NCBI GenBank assembly: GCA_043228905.1
Contig: JBHGNT010000009.1
Location: 13,640,001 to 13,704,000 of the forward strand
Length of the DNA: 64,000 bases
Reading direction: 5' to 3'
From: Azolla caroliniana
Lineage: Eukaryota; Plantae; Polypodiophyta
Positions within the stretch are counted from its first letter, which is position 1, and each line of letters opens with the position of its first letter. Shown piece after piece: positions 1-13,547 of this stretch. Position numbers and translations under genes: made by a program. Below the pieces are notes generated by a model. It did not search any database and was not told the DNA's origin. It saw only the letters and a list, made by a program, of their open reading frames with translations.

Positions 1-1981
1 ATGCGGACGGCGGGACAGGCTCTCCGGAAAGTGGTATACAAGGCAGAAACTCTGGTTTATGTAATGGTGGATACGAGTCTGATCAGAATCGGGTTGGTGG
101 TTAATCAAGAGGGCGAGGATGGTACACGGTTCCCCATCCAGTTCAGTGCAAAGGTGCTAAGTGAGCGGTAACGAGGATACGCCCTAGTTAAACGTGAACT
201 CTAGGGTATCGTTTCGGCGGTTAAGGCTGAAAAGGACTATTTGATCGGGGAAAAAATAATCATCGAGACAGACTGCCTGCCGATTCTTGGCATGGTTTCC
301 GGATGCGTGACTCCGGACCTGGCGATGCTCAAGTGGATTGCGTACATAAAGTCCCTGAATCTAGAGATATGGCACATGTCCGGAAAAGAAAACGTCATGG
401 CCGATATGCTTTCAAGAGCGTGGTTCGACAACAAGGACGACATGGTGTCCGAAGATGAAGAAGTCGGCGAGGATTTCTTCGAGTCGGCCAGACTAAGGGC
501 AAGCAAACGGGGTACTCTGGCCTTGATCGAGTTTGACGAACCGACTACAATGAGGAGTGGCTCCAAATTGGTAAATTCCTAAGCACGTTGAGGCCAGATG
601 CGGCATGGATGAAAGACGAAGTGAGCCGGATACAGAAGAAGGCTTACCAGTTCTTTGTACAGAATGACAAGATATGAAAGCACCCGAAGAGACGGACCGA
701 CACACCACTCTGGGTGGTGGCACGGAAGGAGGAGCAATCGATACTCGTTCCAGAGTTCCACGAGAGCCCCTGGTCCGAACACCGGGTGCATGGGCCACGT
801 TTGAGAAACAAAAGGAGTAGTATTGGTTGCCAGGGATGTATTGGGACATGCACGATTTCGTAATGACGTGTGAGAGTTGCCAAGTGCATTTCGGAGTCCG
901 GCACTGAGACGAGTTACACTCGACTTACCTACTAGCCATTCAATTTAAATGGATGGTCGACCTGGTGACGATGCCGATAGGAGTAGGGCAAATGAGGTAC
1001 CTGGTGCTCACTAGAGAAGACCTGATGAACCAGGTAGAAGGCCGAGCATGGATGAACAAGATGATCGCAGTCGTATGCTAGTTCCTAATTGAGGATGTAA
1101 TTTTTCGATACGGGTGTGTGGGTAAGATCGTGGCCGACCGAGGGGAGCTAGATGCGCAGGAAGTCGAGGAGTTCTTTAACCTACTAGGGGTAAAGCTCTC
1201 TCTTGCTACAGCTTACAATCCGGAAGCCGATGAGAAAATAGAGCACGGGAATGGGCCGATTGTGAAAGCATTGGTGCGGTCATGGGACGGACGGGTCGGG
1301 AACTGGCCAAGACTACTTCCTTATGCGCTATGGGCCGACGGAACGACGCACAGTTCGGTAACCGGGTACATGCCGGTGGAATTGATGTTCGAACAAAAGC
1401 CGATCATCACGGTGGAGAGGATGGACTTTCGTCGTGGTTAGCGGTCGACTAGTCGGAGGAAATGAGCTGGGAAGAGTTGTTGGTGGCACGGATCCGGCAG
1501 CTTGAGCAAAAACCGTAGGACGTTGAATGAGCGACTGCGAGGATGCATGAAGCACGAATGAAGAACAACGTCTGGTTCGACCAGACACACCGACTTCGGC
1601 CGAAGAAGATTGAGGAAGGCAACTGGGTGCTGGTTTATGATAACAGCCTCGACAACCAGCACCGGTTGACTCAGAAGTTTGCAAGGTGGTGGTTTAGGTC
1701 TTACGTGGTGATGAGCGCCAACAACAACACCACATATCACCTTGCGGATCTGGACGGGATGAAGATAGAAGTGCCGGTTGCGGGGAAAAGGATAAAGGCT
1801 TTCAAGAAACGGCATGAAGCGGAACCAAACGTGGAGACCGAAGACGGGAGGCCAGCGACAGAGAGGAGCCGAATGAAGGCCGGACTGTTGACGGATCAGA
1901 GGAGGAGTAGAGGTTGGCCGGAATCCCCACTTCTTCGGTACTTGGCACATGTTGGAGGATGTGCGGTTTGGTGGGGGTGGA
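1..1981 (+). mobile_element. Ty3/gypsy (family P, non-chromovirus) pol remnant: RNase H and integrase, with stops and frameshifts
   Basis: RNase H motif IIETDCLPILGM (ORF 241-582) and integrase IVADRGELDA...TAYNPEA...WPRLLPYALWA (ORF 1118-1441). A G-rich PPT ggtgggggtgga lies immediately before TG at 1982. Confidence 0.9.
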
Positions 1982-3640
1982 TGTTGTGAGAAATTCCAAC
2001 TACAAGGAGAGAAACGGGTTGAATGCGCGTGAACGAGGGCTTGCATTGATGCACTCAAAATATGTCTTTATGTACAAATGTGTGTAAATAGCATGGCGTT
2101 AGTTAAGTGTTGTGGAATACTAGGTAGGTGTGATTGACTGGTACATTAAGGGCCACACACGTAGAGCATAATAGTAATATCTGATCGAGGGAAATCTCGG
2201 TTCGAAACAGTTGTCTTAACAACCTGATGTAACATCTCTCTCTCTCCTTATGCTATAAATGCAGGGAGAGAATGGAGTAAAGAAGGCACGTTTTGGAGGA
2301 GGACGAAGTGTTGTCGGTTTGACTGCCAAAACGTTTGAAAATGTCCAAAAACATTTTCTTACAAAGTTTCTACAAGTTAAGAAACAAATGCCCTACACTC
2401 TCCTCCTCCTTGAGACGGGATCGCTTCCCATTGAGATCATGGCCATGGAAAGGGTTGTTGAATACATGCTAAAGGTTCAAAAAAGTGCCTCACATCAACT
2501 TCCTAGAATTGCAGGGGAAGCAAGCAAAAAGATCCAAAAGACGCATAAATAAAAAAATTGTGTTCCGGTTGGATGCAAGATATAGAAAAATGGTTTGGTA
2601 GATGGGATGAGAGACACTTCCTTCATGATGCATCACTAGATTCCTCTTTAAATGAGGCCTTTTTGCAACGCCAATGTATCATGACTGGGGAGAAATGTGA
2701 AGGCTCACGCTTCACACATTATACTACACATGTTCTTTGTGGAACGGGGAAACCGTACACATCGATACATGTTAGAGCCCATACCATTATCTGCCATTTG
2801 AACCATTGCTTCCATGTGACTTAGCTCACATGCATTGTGATGTGAGACAGAGCGTTGGGGCACAAGTGATGAGAGTGGTGGTCTATGCACACTTTGCCCT
2901 AAACAAGTTCATGAGTCTCAGTATCACACTTTGATACAATGCTCTGCCTTTGATCATATTCGACCATGCTTCCCACATCTCTTCGACCGAGCCCAATCCT
3001 TGCATGAATTTCTCTCACAACCACAATGTGCACTCTTGATTGCAACATTCATTGGTAAAGTTCTTGAACATCGAGAGTCACTACTCACTTTCACACATAT
3101 CACGTGAAATGCAATATTTTTGGTCTCATAGGTCATATTCAACCTCCGAAGATGATAATATAATCTATCTATCTATCTATCTATCTCTCTCTCTCACACA
3201 CACACACTCTCTCTCTCTCTGTTTGTGTTCCGAGTCAACCAAGAATGAAGGTGAAGCCTCTGCTCGCGCAGGAAGCCCGTGAGCTCCCAACCAAAGGTTC
3301 ATCATTCTGTGTGTTCGTGGTGGTTGTAGTCTAAAACTCCATTGGCGGCCTTGCCTAGTTGTATTCCTCTCTTGTTTAATCTATCTTGATTTTCATTCTA
3401 TCTGATTTCTCTCTATGTTGAGTACGTATCTCCTTTGCGTGACTATTGTTGTTAGCATTAGCCGAGTTCCGAGACCGTGTGCTCACTGTCCGTCCTCAGA
3501 GAACCCATATGGACCAGATACGTGACTAGACACTGACCCGACGAGGATATCCGGACAGACTTCCTACTCCCTCCGGTTCCTTGCTCCGAGATCCCCGACG
3601 TCCCGCCCATTTCGACACATACCCGTTGAAACCCGCAACA
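1982..3640 (+). repeat. Gypsy family P LTR, interrupted by a LINE fragment
   Basis: TGTTGTGAG...CCCGCAACA termini. Both ends and the TATA region resemble the LTR at 19718-20711. It has a PPT on the left and a PBS on the right. Confidence 0.8.
2322..3220 (+). mobile_element. 5'-truncated non-LTR retrotransposon (LINE) ORF2 C-terminus with simple-repeat tail
   Basis: Translation gives FENVQKHFLTKFL...LLLETGSLPIE, then LSSHAL*CETERW...LCTLCPKQVHESQYHTLIQC, a CCHC knuckle typical of LINE ORF2 ends. (TATC)n/(CT)n/(CA)n follow. No TSD was recognised. Confidence 0.75.
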
Positions 3641-3644
3641 TATT

Positions 3645-3662
3645 TGGTGAACCCGACATGAA
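3645..3662 (+). promoter_or_regulatory. PBS complementary to tRNA-Trp
   Basis: TGGTGAACCCGACATGAA lies 4 nt after the LTR end. It matches the recalled plant tRNA-Trp 3' end (TGGTGAACCCGACGTGAA) with one mismatch. A second copy is at 20716. Confidence 0.75.
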
Positions 3663-3677
3663 GGGCGGCGAGGGAGA

Positions 3678-4460
3678 ATGATCATGGAGGACGAACATTT
3701 AAAGGAGATGATGTTGAGCATGATCATGAATTTTTCGAAGGAAAGAGAAAGGCGAAATGCAGCTCAACAAGCCATTAAATGCGTGGTTAAGAAGGTCGGC
3801 CATTTCAATGAGAAGGAGGTCCCAAAATTTTTAGAAGCCTACAATGCCGAGATGTTGGCGAGTGACGTAGACAAGGCATACGGGTATGAGAAACCGAAGC
3901 GGCAAGGTTTGCACGAGTTCGACCGATGTGAAGACGAGTACCAGTTTCAACAAGCTATTCAATGCACCATTTGCCTCAACCCGTGACACTCGGTTGTCAA
4001 TTGCAACATGCGAGTGCACTGCCCAATCTACCATTCCAGGGCACACACGATGGATGAATGTGAGGATAACCTCTTGAACCAACCCACGGCGCTAGTTAGA
4101 AAACATGACGAAGACCGCTATTGGGATGATGAGGATCCTCAAGAAGACGACTATCATTGAAATGATTGGTACGCCAATCACAACGGACCACAACGTCCCA
4201 CAAACAACAGAGGCGGGCAAACTAAACTGCAGGACTATAGAGGCGATCGACAACCCCTGAACCATCGTCAACATGAGGACAGTCCAAACGAGGACCAACA
4301 TCAGCCCCGAATAACAATTAACGTGACTAACACCGAAAACTAGTACCTACCACGACCTCGGGATGAGCCTGAGTCAAGGCTAGAGCCAGTTAAGCCATCA
4401 ATCGCCAAACGAGCTGAGTCTAGTGTACACTGCTTCATTTCTCTACACCCTAGGCATTAT
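3678..4460 (+). pseudogene. Chimeric gypsy gag remnant (family P N-terminus joined to family G zinc-knuckle region)
   Basis: VGHFNEKEVPKFLEAYNAEM resembles gag at 20785. From about 3930, FQQAIQCTICLNP*HSVVNC...HSRAHTMDECE resembles gag 57202-59097 (FRHALQCTTCLNSGHSTVDC...NSRAHTTDRCEYNLL). Confidence 0.75.
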
Positions 4461-4695
4461 TGTGCGGAAATAACGTTCGGCCACAACCGAGTCTTCAACA
4501 AGGAATAGAAGAGAAGAAACTAAAACAAAGATGACACATGATGTTAACGTGGAAAACCCTAAATGGGAAAAACCACGAGAGCCCACAGACTCCAACTATC
4601 ACTATGAGGGGAGGAATACAATGTGAGACTCAGAGGCAATGACCTCGAGCTCTATGTCTTCGCCAACCGACGGTTACAATAGAAAACTAGTTCTG

Positions 4696-4785
<90 letters not shown>

Positions 4786-6220
4786 TGTACAATAATAGTC
4801 TCAACAACATTATTTCTATATAGTTGCCCTAAGTCATATTTATACTTATATGACTTTTGGGATATTTACAAATATAGCCTCAATGGGCTTGTCCTAACAT
4901 ATTTACAAATATGTCCTTGGTTTTGGTTCGCACCGGATCCATCCGGAATCACTGGTTCCGATTTCCAGATGTTATCCAGCTTCTTCATCCGGCTCCTCCG
5001 GTTCTCATCCGGATCCCATTCAGAGGGACCGAATTTTCCCCCTTCACTCCGGCATGGGATTTCTCGTTAATCCGATCCGTCTTCAGCACGCATCCAACTT
5101 CTCAGTTTGAAGCACCTTGGTCAGCATATCTGATCCGTTCTCCTTCATGTGGATCTTCGTCAACACGAAGTCTTGATCTTCTACTCTCTCCCAGATCCAG
5201 TGATACGTCTGTTGTATGTGCTTCGTCTAGGAATGGTATGTCGTGTTCTTTGCAAGGTGGATGGCACTTTGAATGTCGCAATAGAGCCGGTATTCCTCCT
5301 GTCGGACACCTAGCTCTCCGATGAAGTCCTTCATCCAAATTACTTCCTTGTCGGCTTCCACAGCTGCCATATACTCCGCTCTTCTTTAGCCGGCATACTA
5401 GGTGCTCCTTCCCTTTCCTCTCAAATCCTTCCAGTTGATGCATGTAGATCTCTTCTTCGAGGTCTCCATGTAGGAATGTCGTATTGACGTCCAATTGCTC
5501 TACCTCGAGGTCCATGCTTGCCGTTATGCCCAATACCGTCCGGATGGAAGTCATCTTAACTACCGGGGCAAAGATCTCGTCGAAATCCACTCATTTCTTT
5601 TGTTGGAACCCCTTCACCACGATCCGGGTTTGCACCTTGGTGGATTTCCGACGTCTCCCGGTTTCAGCTTGTACACCCACTTGTTCCGGAGTGCCCTCTT
5701 TCCTTTCGGAAACTCTACCAGTTCGTATGTGTGGTTCTCATGCAGGGAATCTATCTCGCCTTACATGGCACTCAACCACTTGCGGTTGTGGGTGTCTTTC
5801 TTTGCTTCTTCGAAGCTTTCCGGCTCCCCCTCATCAGTCAACAATACGTGCTCTATATTTGGAAATCTCCAGGGAGCTCTTCTCTCTTTGAGAGGGTATC
5901 TTCGTCCTTGGTTTTTGACTACCAGTTCCTCCATTTGTTCCGAATCTGAATCCGATTAGGGATCTTGTCTGGTTCCAATGTCTTCTTCTTGTTCTTCGGT
6001 TGGTTCGGTTTCTTGTTCGAATCCGGTCAGTTCGTCGAGTGTCATCCGATTCCCCGCTAACATCTGATTTTCAACCGGGTAAGTCCTTGTGTCCTCAAGC
6101 CAGTTTTCATTGAATGATCCAGAGTTCATCATCTTCTTCTCTGACTCCCAGTCGGAAATGGTCTTGTCTTCCAAGAAGACTATGTCCCGACTTTGGAACG
6201 CCTTCTTGTCGACCAGATCC
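4461..6220 (-). mobile_element. Truncated Ty1/copia family A: 3' LTR (4461-~5040), RNase H, partial RT and integrase tail, with internal deletion
   Basis: The LTR is the reverse complement of the 44081-44591 type and contains a long (CT)n at ~4699-4780. RT motif DFDEIFAPVVKMTSIRTVL. RT CRLKKS is fused directly to RNase H EYMAA at ~5380. Confidence 0.9.
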
Positions 6221-6221
6221 T

Positions 6222-7380
6222 AGTATGCATTATAGCATATCGAATGTGAATTTATATGGGACCCACCGAGTTAGAAAACAAAGCATTGCTCATTTTATAG
6301 AAAGTTTTATTGTGCATGCACAATGGTTGTTGATACAAAGGAGGATCATCTTGAAAATAGTTCAGAGTACCATAGGTACACAATGCTTTGTGAGTGAAGA
6401 TCATATATTTCACAATAAAATGCATGTTGTAAAGCATATAGGAAAAAGATGGGAAGATGAGGTTAAGGATGTGTCCAAATATAGAAAAATTGACAAATAG
6501 GGGTAGGTGACTTATTGAACTAACTCTATTCTACTACTATGGGTTTGGAATTACAATGGATATCGATAGAATATAAGATTTTGTATACATGATTTGACCA
6601 ATGAATTGGATATCGTACTTCTTGTTGAAATTTGGGAGCATGATACCCGATATAAATCAAGGTTTGGATAACTACAACATCCACTCCTTGATTTAGATAT
6701 GACAATAAAGAGCACAAGGAGTGGTAACATGTGTGGTTGAGAGTGATTCAGAGAAATATGTGTTGATCATACAAAAAGAAACATATGGCTTAAAATAGAA
6801 AAACCAAATGACATTGTAGTTGTATAGTTGGATGATACATTCCTCCTCCAGATTTTAAGTCTTATTCTATTTTAGATCGAGATAAACAATTTGACCAGCC
6901 TAGAAGATGATATCATTTCAAATCCAAAGGGGAGGTTATTGTCTTTAGTGACACGAATGTTTGTACCAACTTGATTCACAAACGCAACATCTCAAGGATG
7001 CAAGGGAATACAAGAATTTATGGTTGCTCCTCTATCGATGGAGGAGCAAGTATGATGAAAAAAGATCTAGATGAGTTTGAGAATCTACATCTACAATTAT
7101 ACAATAGTACCAAAATGCTTATTGCAAATGGTGTATCCTTATGGCCCAACACTAATGTTTTACCTCTAGAAAACAAAGTGAAAATAGTGAGATTGGCTAT
7201 GTACTACTTTCTAAATTATTTTGGATTACATACACAAGGTTTTTCTTAGTGAATGGACACCAAAACCCGATCGTAGGACTTCATGTAATGACCTTGAATG
7301 TATAAAAAGGTAAGATTGAGTGCACTTAGTATCATTATGAAAATTTCACACAATATAAGATATGGCATGCAAGCATAAAT
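6222..7380 (+). mobile_element. Old LINE remnant: ORF1 C-terminus followed by AP-endonuclease of ORF2
   Basis: ORF1-like LYGTHRVRKQ...GTQCFVSED. Endonuclease-like motifs in the expected order: WNYNG, LDIVLLVEIWE, EVIVFSDTN (GDxN), MLIANG and SEIGYVL (SxIDY). Heavily frameshifted. Confidence 0.6.
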
Positions 7381-7715
7381 AAAAAAGAAAGAAGAGAGAC
7401 TAAGAAAGAAAAAATATCGAGTTCGAAATGTTGTTTTGAACTTGAAGGAGCACAATTAGCCATGTTAGATCCCCATCGCTACACCAAAACATCATAATAA
7501 CACAAAAGAATTTGTTAGTGAACGCTTTGATACCACTGTGAAGAATCTATAACTAATCAATAGACAATAAAAGTAAAGGTGAATAGATTAAATAGAAGAA
7601 CCTGATCTTCTTGAATACCCCTGAGCTATTATTAAGACATATCCAACCTACTACCGACATCCCATACAAACGAATATTAGGATAATAAGTACCTAAAAAA
7701 GGATAACAAGATTGT
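7380..7715 (-). mobile_element. Degraded LTR element 5' end (tRNA-iMet PBS and LTR edge)
   Basis: gctttgatacca at 7524-7535 is the reverse complement of TGGTATCAAAGC, next to a TG at 7537. Confidence 0.45.
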
Positions 7716-8322
7716 TGTAACGAAACCTATCCCACACCAATTGTGTCTCAAGATGTCAACCTTCTTATGCAATGTGTTCTATGAGGGTAGCTAAGCCATT
7801 TATTTGTACTTCTTATGACCTATTCTTATTTATTGAGGTGTTAATGCTAATTTAAGAATTTTGTTGGTACGAGGATTTAGGGTTGATAATTCTTCTTTTT
7901 ATTCTTCTTGGTGTTGGGAGTTTTAGGCTTCCTTGGTAAAAAGGATTCAAGTTTTATCTTCTGTCTATATAAACGAGATTTAGGGCATTCCATATTATCA
8001 AATCACACGTAGAATTTCTTCTTTAAACTTATGGTCTGGGAAGTGTTAGTCGAAAGTATTTCGAGGAAAGGCTAAAATGTGGATGCATGGAACCTACAAC
8101 AACATAAGACAATGTATTCATCGATTATGGATAGGTGACATAGAAACTCAAGATTATTTCTCCCCTTTGTTAGAGTTGAGCCTAATCCTTCCTAAAACTT
8201 GATTTTTCATACCCTTAAAGGGGTTTGTGCATTATAAATTTTAGGATAAATATCTTGATTCGTTTCGTGTTCGAACCTATTAACCACTATTATCGTAATC
8301 TATACACCATTCATTAGTTTCA
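7716..8322 (+). repeat. Possible old LTR followed by a degenerate PBS
   Basis: TGTAAC...GTTTCA near-inverted termini, an internal TATATAAA, and TGGTAT 3 nt after the end. Confidence 0.35.
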
Positions 8323-8910
8323 AACTGGTATATGCTTTGATTTAAAATTGATAAAGAATTATTTAGAATATTTCAAAATAATATTCTAAGAATCAAAGAA
8401 AATTGCACAAAAGAGGACCTCATGGTGAAATATATCAAGGGAATGTACCAAAGGAATATTTAGCTAAACTCTTGAAGACTTTTATATGAAAGCTTCATGC
8501 GAACTAGATATTGAGGAGATTATTGAATGATTTTTTCTAGTTTAAATTACCAAAGGGATCTAACAAACACATTTAAAGGGAATACCCGAATGCAATTCCC
8601 TAAATTGTTTTCTGGAATGTTTTTCCTCGACCAAATATGGAAAGGAAAATGCAAAGTCAATATGTGAAGGGAGGATGCTCAAACTATCTTTGATATTCGA
8701 AAATACCTTGTAGATTCCAATGTGAAGGAAACACCAAATTTGCTAGAATAATATCAAGAATTTATTGTTGTGTTCAGGATCTAAATGACAATAATATAGA
8801 ATGGATGAAGAGAATGAGAAAGAAGAGGGAAATCAGAAGATTACAAGAACACACTAATGAGTATCATTGAAGTAGAATGGCTCCCCAAAAACTAGGGAAC
8901 TTGATTATAT

Positions 8911-9810
8911 AGCATGGTTGGGAAGAATATAATTATATTAAAAATAAGATGAAGATTACAAGAATACACTAATGAGTATCACTAAACTAGAACGATTTCC
9001 CAATAACTAGAGAACTTGATTATATAGCATGGTTGACACATATATGCTTTCTATATTGCATTTATGCATGATCATCACTTGGCATTCATGCAAGCATGCC
9101 ATTTGGTGTTCTTGTATTATCCTATGCAAGGTCACGACATTCTTAATATTAAGTCTATACTATATATTATCTACAAATGGTTACAACAAGTAAATTACAT
9201 ATAAAAGTATAACTTATGGGTTAAAGGTTGGGTTGTTTTTATGATGTCATGAAGAATATGCTATGTTATACTCGTTGTATACTTTTATATTGATGTTCAT
9301 GACAGTGAGCCCTTTGTGTGCCACCTTTTGCTTCAATCAGCTTGCTAGCTTCTTTTAATATTATCTTTATTATATACACCTTATTCCTTAATTCCTTAAG
9401 TATACTCTTGTCTCCTTTAAAGTCATGAAAGTTATTTTGTTATCATTATCATTTAGTCATTTTGTGACAAGGTGATTGATTTCATGTCCGTTTGAGCATT
9501 TCAATCTTTAAGTTAGAACTCTAAAAATCTTCTATTTGGTGTGTGGCCAAATTCTTAAGCCCTTTGCACATGCCCTAAGCAGTATACAATGTCTTACAAT
9601 AGATATACAAGTCCCTAAGACTAACATTTTCCACTTATGGTATCTTTCTTTCACTTGCTGTGGAGAAATTGCCAATTAGCTTCCCATATTCTTCTCATTC
9701 TTTGAATAAGTCTTTTTTGTGGATCTAGATAATTTTGATCGTTTTTCTTACTTTAATTTTTATCTAAAATTGTAAAGAATTGAGAGTGATTATGTGCAAT
9801 GGAAGTAAAC
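8911..9810. repeat. ~900 bp AT-rich direct repeat, copy 1
   Basis: Colinear high similarity to 12577-13481. An ~85 bp sub-unit is also tandemly repeated at 8837-8920 and 8952-9035. Confidence 0.9.
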
Positions 9811-9825
9811 TATCTATATAAACAT

Positions 9826-12198
9826 AATCAGTCTTCTTCTTCCCCTTCTCTTTACGCGTAAACCGTCTCCTCAGTTCCTTGCGCGGGAAGAGCACGATAG
9901 AGTCTCCACTACTCGCCGGTTTTTCATCCGACTCGTCATCCCTACTCAGCCGCTCATTCGGTCCACTAAGCCGGACTTGAGATCGGACTCTCAACTAGCG
10001 TACCAAATCCTTCATCTTCTTCTTGAACTTCTCCAGGTTCACTAGCCTCATCCTCCGGAAACGAGTCTTCATTGGGAGTTACAGTCGGTAGAGAGTACCA
10101 TGATGTTGATTCATCAAACTCGACATCTCGACTTACTTGTACTTGTTTAGTCTGGGGGTTATAACACTTATACCCTTTCTGTTCATGCGAGTAGCCGATG
10201 AGTATGCACTTCTCCGATTTAGGATCCAGCTTCCTCCACTTCTTATTTGGTACATGCATATATGCTATGCTACTGAATATCCGAAGGTGTCTCAAATTCG
10301 GCTTCCGCCCGAAATACAGCTCATGTGCTGAAACCTTGTCACCGATCCGGTTTTGGATGTAGACGGCCATCCGGACGGCCTCAGCCCAGTAGAATTTGGG
10401 CATGCTCTTCTCCTCTAGCATTGCCCTTTCCGCGTCGACAATCGATCGGTTCTTTTTCTCAGGCACACCGTTTTCCGCCATCCGAATGCAGGCACTTGAT
10501 CTTCCTCTCTGTTTCCCTCTCGACTAAGCTTTGAAGGTTCCGAAAACAGTCAAGGACTTCGCTTTTCTTCTCGATGAGGTAGATCCATGTGTGCCCGCTA
10601 TAGTAATCGAGGAAGGAGATGAAATACTGACTCTTGCAAAGACTGACGTTTTGTGCCAATCCCCATAAATCCAAATGGATTAGATCGAGCTTGTTACGGC
10701 TCTGGTTTCATTTAGTGGGGAATGGAAGCCGATGTTACTTCCCGAGTTGGCAGGTTTCACGGCCTTCCGGCCACTAAACTTTGGCAATCCGAACACGACT
10801 TGTTTCGATTACAGATCTTGAAGCCTCCGGTAGTTGACATGACCGATCAGCTTATGCCAGAGATCAATGTCTGATTCAATCTTCTGTCCTTTAGCAAACA
10901 TGGTGGTGCCGACATCATTTGTTTTGAGGATGAACATCCTCGCTTCTCTGCACCCTTGTGTGATTATCCCGCCTTCTTCCTCGATGAAGCACCCGAGGTG
11001 CGTAAACCGCACTTGCATTCCCTAGTCGACGATTTGTCCGATCGACACCAGGCTCTTTGTGATTGTGGGAACGTGTAGTACGTTCATCAGCTTTCCCTTT
11101 TGTCCAACATGGTTTAAAGGGACTTCTCTGACATGCACAATCGGGTGAGGGGTGTCGTCTCCGGTTTCGACAATCCCCGGTTGTTCCAGTTTCTCTAAAA
11201 ACGAGAACCACTCTTCATGGCTCGTCATATGGTTAAGTGCTCTAGAATTAACGTAGCATACTTCCTCTGATCCGGAAGTGGTCTTCTTCATCGAGTTCGC
11301 CTTGTACTTCATCACAAAGGTTGGCCCTTTTCCGGTCTTCCCGGTTCCGGATCCTTCCAATCCTTCTGCGTAGTGTGAGCTTTGCCGATTTCCCTATCCG
11401 GCCTTGCCTGATTCGGCGCGCTTTTTCCGGCACTCTCTTTCTTTGTGGCCTTTCTTGCCTCAATACCAACATTCCATGTCGGCCTTTCCTTGCTGGTTTC
11501 CGGCACTACTTGTCTCCCCCTGCTTGTGGAGGGTCCGAAACTGTTGTCGGCACCGTCTTTGTGCCTTCGGCGGCCTCCATTGTGTGCCGACCCACCTCGT
11601 CCACCACACCCACGGGGCCGATCCGGATGTTTGCCAGATGTTGTTCAGCTCCTGTCAGACTCCAACTTACGTGTTGTGGTACTCACGGCGAAAATCTTCC
11701 GAAAAAATTCCCAAGCCTCCTTCGACGGTTTTGCATCCTTGACGTAGCCGAGCATCTAATCATACACACCGGACGGGAGGCAATACATTACTCGGCTTGC
11801 TTCTTGCCCCCATGCTGAGAGTCTTTGTGTGCCGGCTTCTGTGCTACCTCGTTGGTTCCTTCCACATAGGTCCAATTTCCATGCCCCAGTAGGTACTGGT
11901 GCATTTTATATGACCAGGACGCATAGTTGCTCCTGTTGAGCTTTTTTGTCAGAAGTGAACTTGCCATTCCTCTGTCCATCTTAGGTTCTCTTCTATTCTT
12001 CACCGGGTGTTAGGGTTTGTCTTCAGTAGTCGCTCGTCGACTGCAGAGGTTCTCAACCCTCGCACTCTGATACCATGCAAAAGTTAGCTTGCGGAAGCGT
12101 ATGCCAAACCGGCTTTGTCGGATAGTAACAGTAAAGAGAAGAAGGTTTAATGGAAGCTTAACACAGAGAATAAGCATACATAGGAGAGACACACAAAG

Positions 12199-12241
<43 letters not shown>

Positions 12242-12572
12242 AGAACATAAACACAACTCAATTCAAAATAATACTCTCAATATTCTGTACATAGAATGTG
12301 CTCAAACAACACTTTTATACAAGTCCATAAAGGACTGACAGAAGTACTGACAGGTACTTCAATGCTCATACGAGCGACTAGCACTGACTCCCAAAAAAAT
12401 GCCTATGTACTAGGCTGGATCCGTAGGCCTCTAACAGCCTAGCGGTTTCAATCCGATCCGGCCCCTGGTTTCGGATATCATCCGAACACCAATCCGGTTC
12501 TCTGTTCTGGATATTGATCCGGCTCTAGCTTATTCAGCCGATCCGGATCTAATTGAGCTTGCTCGCTCAACA
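9826..12572 (-). mobile_element. Truncated Ty1/copia family B: 5' LTR (12076-12572), iMet PBS, gag, protease, integrase
   Basis: TGTTGAGC...TTTTGCA LTR, PBS TGGTATCAGAG at 12065-12075, gag KLNRSNYASWSYKMHQYLLGHG, integrase ENGVPEKKNRSIV...RKLDPKSEKCILIGY. It ends before RT. Confidence 0.9.
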
Positions 12573-12576
12573 TTTA

Positions 12577-13481
12577 GCTTGGTTGGGAAGAATTTAATTA
12601 TAATTCAAATAAGAAGAAGATTACAAGAATGCACTAATGAGTATCACTAAACTAGAACGATTCCCCAATAACTAGAGAACTTGATTATATAGTATGGTTG
12701 ACACATATATGCTTTCTATATTGCATTTATGAATGATCATCGCTTGGCATTCATGCAAGCATGCCATTTGGTGTTCTTGTATTATCCTATGTAAGGTCAT
12801 GACATTCTTAATATTAAGTCTATACTATAGATTATCTACAAATGGTTACAACAAGTAAATTACATATAAAAGTATAACTATGGGTTAAAGTTTAGGTTGT
12901 TTTTGTGATGTCATGAAGAATATGCTATGTTATACTCGTTGTATACTTTTATATTGATGTTCATGACAGTGAGCCCTATATATGCCACCTTTTGCTTCAA
13001 TCGGCTTGTTAGCTTCTTTTAATATTATCTTTATTACATACACCTTATTCCTTAATTCCTTGAGTATACTCTTGTGTCCTTTAAAGTGACGAAAGTTATT
13101 TTGTTATCATTATCATCAAGTCATTTTGTGACAAGGTGATTGATTTCATGTCCGTTTGAGCATTTCAATCTTAGAACTCTAAAAATCTCCTATTTGGTGT
13201 GTGGCCAAATTCTTAAGCCCTTTGCGCATGCCCTAAGTAGTATACAATGTCTTACAATAGATATACAAGTCCTTAAGACTAACATTTCTCCAACATTTTC
13301 CACTTATGGTATCTTTCTTTCACTTGCGTATGGAGAAATTGCCTATTAGCTTCCCATATTCTTCTCATTCTTTGAATAAGTCTTTTTTATGGATCTAGAT
13401 AATTTTGATCGTTTTTCTTATCTTTAATTGTTATCTAAAATTGTAAAGAACCAAGAGTGATTATGTGCAGTGGAAGCAAAT
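12577..13481. repeat. ~900 bp AT-rich direct repeat, copy 2
   Basis: Colinear with 8911-9810. Confidence 0.9.
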
Positions 13482-13547
13482 TGTGTGTGTTTGTGTATGT
13501 GTATGTAAGACAAGCGAAGAGAGACAGAGAGACAGAGAGAGAGATGG

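Noticed and set aside
6222-9810. AT-rich tract as an endogenous DNA virus or host gene
   Set aside because: The recognisable motifs are LINE ORF1/endonuclease and LTR/PBS remnants. No viral hallmark or spliced gene was seen.
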